Shown: in pieces, positions 52,075 to 60,168 of the stretch
Numbering within the stretch: the stretch's first letter is position 1
How the letters are laid out: every line of letters starts with the position of its first letter
Origin: Catajapyx aquilonaris
Taxonomy: Eukaryota
Direction of reading: 5' to 3'
Length of the DNA stretch: 60,168 bases
Assembly: GCA_000934665.2 (NCBI GenBank)
Contig: KZ538590.1
Span: forward strand, 1-60,168
Made by a program: the position numbers and the translations under genes
Notes under the pieces: generated by a model
What the model saw: the letters and a program-made list of their open reading frames with translations, nothing else
Database searches by the model: none
What the model was told of the DNA's origin: nothing

Positions 52075-52324
52075 TCATAACGCCCGGGTACCTCGAGCGA
52101 TGAGGGGTGAGTGGGATGGGATGTGCTAAGTGCAGTACAGTTGCTACGGTCATTTTGTGAACACCCCCGCGTGGTTAGTCTCAGGAGTCCCACCCAAGAC
52201 GAAGCCAGAAATGACCCTGAACTCTGCACGAGATGAAGGGGGGAATGCCCGGGTTTGGTATCGAACCCCCAGGACCCTTACGTTCGTGGGCGCATACGTT
52301 ACAGCAGCGCCACTCCACCTCCCC
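52075..52324 (-). mobile_element. Degenerate tRNA-derived SINE
   Basis: Minus-strand tRNA-like head GGGGAGGTGGAGTGGCGC... with B box GGTTCGATACC (~52258-52268). CpG-rich body. 3' boundary approximate. Confidence 0.55.
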
Positions 52325-53490
52325 ATAATTATGCCAATTGCACATCATTGTGAATATTCTAGGAGAATGACAAAGGCATTTTCATGTACCAAAATGTTTC
52401 ATGCACTACCCTGAACATTCCAGCCCAAGGAAATTTCTCTTCACTAAATGCATGCTCATTACCAAATATGATAGAGTCTTTTGAAATACACAGCATACTG
52501 ATCTGGCTGGATGGTCTGGATTTTCTCTCTCCTGGAACTTTGATTTCATATTTCACATGAAAAGACAAATACCTGCAGTGAGGAACAATATATTGTCCCA
52601 CATTATCAACCTCATCAATAAAAGCTAAGCACCTACTTGTAGTATTAATATAAGAGAGAAGTGGTGTATGAGGCGGCCAGAATTTTTTGGAACATGTTTG
52701 TGTGGAACGTGCAATTTACAAAGCAGTCTGCGGACATGAACGCAACTGAGCAATTTTGTTGAATCTTCTACTTTGCTGAGAAATCCGGATATGCTAATGT
52801 CATTTCTTTCAAATATTAATAATCATAATTATTCTCCTATAGAGCATTTTCATTATATTGCTAGTTTGACATTTTGATCATGGTTCTTCCTAGTTTTCTT
52901 CTAATTTATGCATGTGGTCATTTGGCGTCTCAATAAGGAGAACTGTAATGTACAGTCCCGAGCATAAAGTTGGAGAGGCTGCGGGCCTTCTCTGACCTTC
53001 CTTTATCCTACTCAAATTAATGGACTCTTTTTGGACTGAGTTAACTGCTTTAGGCGCGTGTTCATGCATTTATAACCGTATATTTGATACTGTAATGGCG
53101 GGAATTGGCAGAGGACCCTGCCGTCTCCAACTTTATGCTTGGGACTCTCAGACTCTCAGACCCTCAGCTTGGCAACATTCAGACCACACATGCACCAAAA
53201 AAAATTCTTCCCATTCAATTTCAGAACCTTTCTGGAAACAGCTTCAGGATCCCCTGACATACACTTGCTTCTCCGTTGAACTAAGGAGGTAGAAGGGCAT
53301 CTTCATTTAGGATTGGCGAGCTCCCTACCTTCTCTCATTCTTCTTTATGACCATTTTAATGTCACTGTTTATTTAAGTAATATTATTGGCATGTGACCTT
53401 CCTTTCTCAAATGATGAGAAATCCAGCATTTGCCACAACTTCATGTCACATTCATCAAAGTAACCACAATCTAATATATTTTGGGTCTTC

Positions 53491-56400
53491 TTAGGCAGCA
53501 TAGTGAGTCCTTTTGAAGCCTTGAGCTATAACATAAAAAATATGCAGGCCATTAGCACAATAAATGTAACATCTCTCTTAAATTAAGAAATGAACTTTGA
53601 GATAATTTGAGCCATGTAAGACATGTGCTTATTTGGGTCACAATCTAAAATTATTGGTGGAATTTTCATCCCACTGTAAACTTATTATCAGAACCAGGGC
53701 CAACACTGGTACTGCTAAGTTAGCAGTAACTAGCAGTGGAACAAAAATTCCACATATTGTTATTAGAGGAGAAACAGACACCTCTCTAAAGTTAGAGTAA
53801 AAATATTTTCACCCACAGAGAGCGAGTTTTTAAAATACTAACCAATGGAAGCAAGGATTGTTTTGGAGTGGCCTTGGTTTGTAGCCTGGAAGACGTGGCA
53901 GGTGAAGTGAGTGGCAATGGAACATGAGGTTTCCCTGTAAAAATGAAAATAAAACAGTATTATTCACACTGGATAGGTTTCACAACTAGTGAGTTCGAGT
54001 TCAAGTTACAGTATTTTCTTGACCATTGTAAAGGAAAATATGAAATAAGCATTTGTTATTTCACATTTTGAATCCTCATGAGACCATACAATGTCAGAAT
54101 GACTGGTATAACACAAGAAATTGGACTCACATATAAGCCAAATTGTAATGTTCCAGGTCAAATCCTATGTTACTAAAGAACACTCAACCCTTCTTCTAAA
54201 GCTAGGTTTCATGAAGAGTCCATAAGTGTTAAAGAAGCCAAACACCAAATCTTACCCTGCAATGTAAGCAAAGTGCTTTGGCTGGTCAATGCGCCTTCCA
54301 CATGAAGAAATCTCTGTGTATGAGTGCCTGAAGAGGAGCTGCGTAATATGCAGAAGATGAGCCATAATATTTACATTATTATTCAAAGGTAAAGCATACC
54401 TCATCTGTATCCCTGTCATAAATATTGACCCCAAGCTCCTTGAGCTCCATCCTGGTGAGCACATTGTCTGTTCCTCTTGCTACGACCTCTGCAATGGCCC
54501 CACTCACTCTGCTCACATCTCCACGGCTGCCAACTGCCAAACTCCCCACATATTCCACACTGCAACCCATGCTGATGAAGGGAAACAAGGCTGGTCATGA
54601 TAATGCTAACATACACTAGAAATGCTTACTATGTACCAATCAATAGGCACCCACTTGACAAAAGTACATTATGTTTAATAAAAATCTACAATGTCGACGT
54701 CTAATATGCAGTAACATTATGAGGGGACAAAAATGAGGAAAAAATCCCATTATAACACCCTTTCAAGAACTGATATGAAATATTACATATTACTAACCAG
54801 CAACTTTGTCCGCTGAGTTTTTTGAGTGTTTGATCATCCAGCTCCTCTTCCTCCTCTTCGCTTCCCCCCTCTTCTGCCTCCTTGTCCTGTAAGCTTGGCT
54901 GGTGGTAATGCTTTTTGCCATGTTTATTTGCAGATCCCTTGAGTGGTTGCTTATCCCTGAGGCTGAGACCCACTTGCTTGTAGCAGTCTTTGAGTGGTGG
55001 GTAGAGCTGGCCAGTGTCCATTCTTCCTTTCACCACACTTAATTCAAGGGGCCTTCTGGATGCTTCCCTCAGGACCGAGTCCAGCTGCCCTCTGCTCATT
55101 CCCCTCACTGCACGTCCATTCATCTCATCCAATATGTCCCCAATCTCCACTTTGCCCTGAAATGTAAAATGGCTGATTGGACTACCCATAGAAGGGACTT
55201 CCTCCTACCAAATGTGCTACTGGATGGGGTCATAGCAGTTAGGTAGGCTTACCAATGGTACATGCAACTCAGTGCTAAATTTGAAGAGTAGGCAACAGAA
55301 GGTAATGGGCATGATCATCCTTGAAAATTATACCAATAGTAATGTCAGCTGGGGCATTTTAAAAAGATGAAACATGACACATGACATGTGATAGAAAGTA
55401 CTGGAACTACTTGCCTGGGAAATTTCATAACTAGTATAGCTCAGATTCTTCAAGCTCAGATTGAATGCATTTTTATAACATGATTGTATGATACACAATA
55501 CACATTTTTACATACTTTCCTGTCAATTGACAAAAATAACATCAGTTTCAAGTTGGCTACTTTGAAACACTTACATCTTCTGCAGCCACTCCATTGTCCT
55601 CAACTCCAACAACAATAGCCCTTCCTTTGAGGAAGGCAACTGTGAGCCCAAGTCTTGCACATGGAACCAACTGGAAGGAAGTCCTTCTTGGTATTGTCCA
55701 ACACTCATCAAGGAAAGATGACGTCTCCAACTGCAGACGAAACTTGAGGCGGCCCAGTTGCAGGAGCACTGACAATAGGATCTGACAAAGAACCTCATCC
55801 CCAACAATGGAACCTGGCACAAGGTACAATTCATCCCTCAACTGTGGAGAGTCAGCTACCACTTGAACAGGCTCATGGAGGCACCCCTTCGCCAAGCAGA
55901 GACGCAGGAGAAGACGACCACGACCCTGAGGGCTTGTTACTTGACCACTGCCTGCTATCTGCTCAACTGCACTAGTGTATGCATAACTCAATCCTTTGTT
56001 AGGGCTGTTATTGACAATGTGCTGCATCCATGACCAAATGTCCTTTCGAGTACTACCAAACACAGTTCTAGCTGTTAACCGAAGGCCCTTTCGCAGGATA
56101 TCTTCTAGCGTTTGGCATACTGGCTCCAAGTGAGGGTTGCAGTCTTCCACTACTACTGATGCATCAGGAACTGAGCTGCTTGCAGATTGGATCAGCTTCA
56201 GGACACATCCTGTATGAAAAGTCAATCATAAAGATGGGGTAACAAAACCTCACAAATATTTTCTGAAATAGTTTGCACTTCTGTTCCTGTAGTAGTGTAG
56301 TTATTCATAACAAGTTCACATTTACTTTTAATTAAAATCCTAGAGGTGTTTGGCCGAGCCCTCTGATAGGTCCGCCCCCATATTGTTGCTTCCCCCGCTT

Positions 56401-57314
56401 CCTATTGGCCCCAGTCCATTGTTACCTGGACGTATTGTTACCATAACGCCTCCAATTGGCCCCGATTCGAGTATGAGCAATGGGTGGGAAAACGCCACAG
56501 TCACTTGCTGGACATCAACGAGGACACATCTCCTCTCCCATGAAGACCCCTCTACCCTTCCACCATCCTCCACCCACGTCTTCACAGTGACCTCACAACA
56601 GGGGAGGGGGAGAGGAGGGGGTAAGGAGACATGGTCAAATTGGAACGTCGTAAACAAACCGGACATAGGCTGGGTCGGGATGTTGCTTATCAGGGGTGCC
56701 AACTCCATGGACACTGAACCCTGGGATAGGTCAAGAACATCAAAAGAAAGTGTCGGGAAGAATGAAACCAGTGTTTTGATGATCTAATACAAACACTGCA
56801 GAGTTACATGGCTGTTTATAATAAAGGGGAGTTATGAGCAGTTAGAAAAACGTGGTCGGAAAGTGTGCATAATAATTTAGACACGTGTGTGATTGCATGC
56901 GAGTAGATGATCTACCGCTTCTATTTGCATCGTAGATGTTGTGAATTTCTGTTCATACAATAATTGGAGTTTTTAAAAATTAAAAAGGTATTGGTATGTT
57001 GAGGTGGGAAAATGCATATTTCCCAGCCAATGCAAAGCAAAGGTGGGATTGCAGATGGGTCGCAGGGTACGGAATCATGGATATGTGAGTGCAAGGAGGA
57101 ATGGGTGGGGGTGTATGCATATGATTGCGGGATGGGCATCAACGTTGGCTAGAAAAATGCGAGCGTAGCAAGGGTTTTTCTAGTGACAGGTATAATCTGC
57201 TGATGCAGTTGGCACTTGATTTTGCAAATAGATCATGACAGGCATGGTAACCTATCTGGAAACTGTGCAAGGATTACCTTTGAAAGCCTTCAGTAGAGGA
57301 TCGGACACAGACAT
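53491..57314 (-). CDS. Uncharacterised RUN + PDZ + PTB(PID)-like domain protein, 7 coding exons
   Basis: Exons 57314-57278, 56209-55575, 55156-54798, 54559-54400, 54338-54256, 53934-53843, 53525-53491, all phase-consistent. RUN-like (LEDILRKGL...GRGRLLLRLCL), PDZ-like (LGLTV...GVAAEDGKVEIGDILDEMNG), PTB-like (VEYVGSLAV...FAYIA...CHVFQ...ILASIAQGF). Confidence 0.85.
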
Positions 57315-58123
57315 AATGAACTCCTGTTACAGCTGATTCTTCCTTGTGGCATGTTGTTCCATGGCGTCAGTAAATAGTTTTACTGCAAATAAATCATGGA
57401 ATGCCATTGTTAATTTCTGCACTTGATCTGATCTATTGCACTAGTACAATATAAGACATTTTAAAGCTCCTTATTATCCCATCACAGCAGATCACAGTCC
57501 AGCACAACATGCCATCAATATGTTTCTCACTTGTCCCCCAGCGCCAGCCCCACACACTTGCGCCTCATCAGTATATACCTACCACAAGTCGTACATTTTG
57601 TATTCGTCTGCAGCGACACAGTAGGAGTCGCGACCGTGGACTAGGCAGCAGCAGCAGCAGCAGCAAGGGCACCCGTGGCGATAAGCACGCGGGGGCTGAT
57701 AAGCTGCCGCTCATTCCGGACCACGACCTGTTTCGTGGGACTGCCTGTCATACACTCGATTGTCAGGGAAAGAAGAAGAGACCTTGGACATGAGGGGGCA
57801 TTCTGGTGCCTGCTGCGAGGATCTGCAACCAAAACATACACGGCGATACGATCGTCCCCATCTGGAATGAGAAGAAAATGGAGGAGACTGTAGCAGGGCC
57901 AGAGCAGGGCTGGCTGGAAGACTGAAGGGCGCTGAAGAGGGAGAGACATTTCAGGCATCAGGAGATCTTGAGAGAGACGAGAAGAGTGTTGGGGCAGAAG
58001 ATAGAGGATAGTGGGTGCGAGTGGAAGAGGCTGCTGCTCTGCTCCTGGTGGCACTGGAACTAGGGTGTTGGGTTGCACAGAGAGAGGAGACAGGTTGAGG
58101 GGAGCACTGGTGTTGCGCACGGA

Positions 58124-59958
58124 ATGATGGCGGACTACCAGTTTAACGTACGTTGCCAGTGTGTTCTGCAGCATGCCATGGTTATTCGCGCTCAATGGGG
58201 CCGCCTGGCACTGGATGTGCAGGACCCGCATAACAAGTTGCATTAAAAATTTACTTTCATTACATATTGATACACTCTTGTAATTACTGAGTGAGTACGG
58301 TATAAAATTCTGCATATTTACAGGCAATGCTTCCAGTAAAGAAAGAGCCATGCCACCACCAACCAGAGGTAACTCACATTCAGTGTCTGGAAAACAACAG
58401 TAGTAGAGCAAGGAAGAAAAGAAGACCTGCTGTAAAACAGGAGAGCAATAGCATTGGGAAGTCCAAAGCCCCAAAGGGGACGACTGAATTGCATCGTGAA
58501 CAAGCAGCCCAGATTCGGAAAGAGTATGTTCAAGCTCTGTTATCAGAGGTTCACCCAAGGGCTCATGGTACCTGCTGTGCAGTGCAAGGATGCTCCAATC
58601 GCAAGATTGGATCAAAGTGTCATCCGTATCTTGGAGGGAAGGCGGCTGAACTCTCATTCCATCGCTTTCCTGTCAAAGACCGAGAGCGGTGCCAGATCTG
58701 GATTGAAAGAACTGGTTCTCAGGTGGAACTACTCAAGATGACTGACCAGCAGTTGGCCAATCGTGCAGTATGCTCTGATCATTTTGCACAAAAAGACTTC
58801 ATGAGTCCAGTACCAACTCCAAGTCGGAGACTTGTATTCAATGCAGTACCTTCCAGGTAAATTACTTTAAAAAGTCACCTATGAGAGAGAAAGATTACCT
58901 TGAGGAGTTTAAGTATTACTAAACTAATGCAGCAGCCAGTGATGGAAAAGATCTTGAATAATAGTTTTCCCTCTCTATTTAATGTTGATATGGGATTGAG
59001 TTATCACAGGTTTCATGTAGAATTTGTATGGGATAAGCAGGGTACAAATGCTATAAAAGGTATTAGCTACTAATATTAAGCCTGCTTCACAAATTCGGCG
59101 GAAGGCTGAGCGAGCTGCAAAAGTGTGTTTGGGGTCATCGTTTGGGGTGCGGAACCTGAGCGGTGGCAATCACGCAAGTCCATCCAGTTGGACTTGAGCG
59201 ATTCCCACCGCACCAGTTTCCGCCCGCAGCGTCACCACCGAATTTGTGAATTGCCACCACTCACATTCCGTGCCCCAATCGCACGTTTTTCGCCCACTCA
59301 GCCTTCCACCGAATTTGTGTAGCAGGCTTTAGGTTGCATGGCCCATCATTTTAATCCTGTTTCTAGTAAGAGATTTTTTGCATAGTTTTCTATCCAAATC
59401 TTGGATAGATGGTTCAATTCAGCATTATATTATCATCCAATGTGCTTCTGATTACCACGAAAAGTTACCATGCAAAAATAACAGCTTAAAATAAGTAAAA
59501 TAAGTAACACTGATTGTGCCATTTTCATCATGTAAAAAAAAGAGTTGACCATTTGATACTTCACACTTCTTCACTAACTGGGGATCAAGATGAAATAAGT
59601 GTTACCTTGCAAGAATTTATAACACTGAATTATTATCGTAAACTGCAAATGTGGTGTTATATATAAGTTTAAAAATTAATTTTCAGAACTTATGAAAATT
59701 CTGCATCTTTCCTTTCCATACATTTATGTAAAAATGCTTTTAAAATTTAAATGATTATGTAGGCCTACTTGATTAAAAGGAATCTGAAAAATTGAAGTTT
59801 CTTGCAGAAACCTTCCAAACAGTGGTGACCATGAGACTGACACTGAGGAGGATGCTGAACTAGATAACATGAACCCTGATGCTGCACCCTGGATGCAACA
59901 ACCACATCCACAAAATCAAAAGGTGGACCTGGAGAAGAAACTGCATGATTTGAATGCT
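58124..59958 (+). CDS. THAP domain-containing protein, 3'-partial
   Basis: Exons 58124-58147 (MMADYQFN|gtacgt; less certain), 58324-58856 and 59808-59958; the gene continues beyond the window. THAP signature CAVQGC...FHRFP...W...VCSDHF...AVP. Confidence 0.85.
59079..59328. mobile_element. PIF/Harbinger-type MITE in THAP intron
   Basis: ~33-bp TIRs AGCCTGCTTCACAAATTCGGCGGAAGGCTGAG / CTCAGCCTTCCACCGAATTTGTGTAGCAGGCT with TTA TSD (59076-59078, 59329-59331). Confidence 0.9.
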
Positions 59959-60133
59959 GTAAGCATGAAGCATATTATAAATTCACACAAGTAGTGCCTA
60001 CTGTATTTCAAAGTTCAAGAGGAGGAATATAAGTAGTCATTCCATTCTATAACACATAGTAATTCCAGATGAATTTAAATGAAGATTTGCCTAAGAAGTT
60101 GAAATAAAAAGGAACGTAAGCCACAGGATGTGA

Positions 60134-60168
60134 CAGTGGCGGATCTAGATGTCGTTGTTGGGGGGGGG
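60134..60168. mobile_element. Left end of a CAGTGGCGGAT-type MITE, truncated by the window end
   Basis: CAGTGGCGGATCTAG followed by a G run; same terminus type as at 16200. Confidence 0.45.

Overview
Eukaryotic, intron-rich genomic DNA from an arthropod, most likely a non-dipteran insect: it has (CCTAA)n/(TTAGG)n telomere-type repeats, an Sce orthologue, a chorion-peroxidase-like gene and apparently CpG-depleted housekeeping gene bodies. Ten spliced protein-coding genes were reconstructed by hand with GT-AG junctions and matching phases: USP7 (+, 5'-partial), INPP5E (-), Sce/RING1 (-), a small secreted NGKP-motif protein (-), a haem peroxidase (-), PGS1 (+), a receptor guanylate cyclase (-), a small TM/furin-site/Cys protein (+), an uncharacterised RUN-PDZ-PTB protein (-) and a THAP-domain gene (+, 3'-partial). 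Introns and intergenic DNA hold many MITEs, tRNA-derived SINEs and a decayed mariner, several nested with readable TSDs. The best candidate for undescribed biology is a ~185-nt CpG-rich RNA hairpin in the last USP7 intron. Its loop holds a branch point and polypyrimidine tract, its stem buries an AG acceptor and a short alternative terminal exon that would remove USP7's C-terminal activating peptide, and it contains ADAR-type A-C mismatches. No rRNA, genuine tRNA or CRISPR was found. All family assignments are from motif recognition, not database searches.
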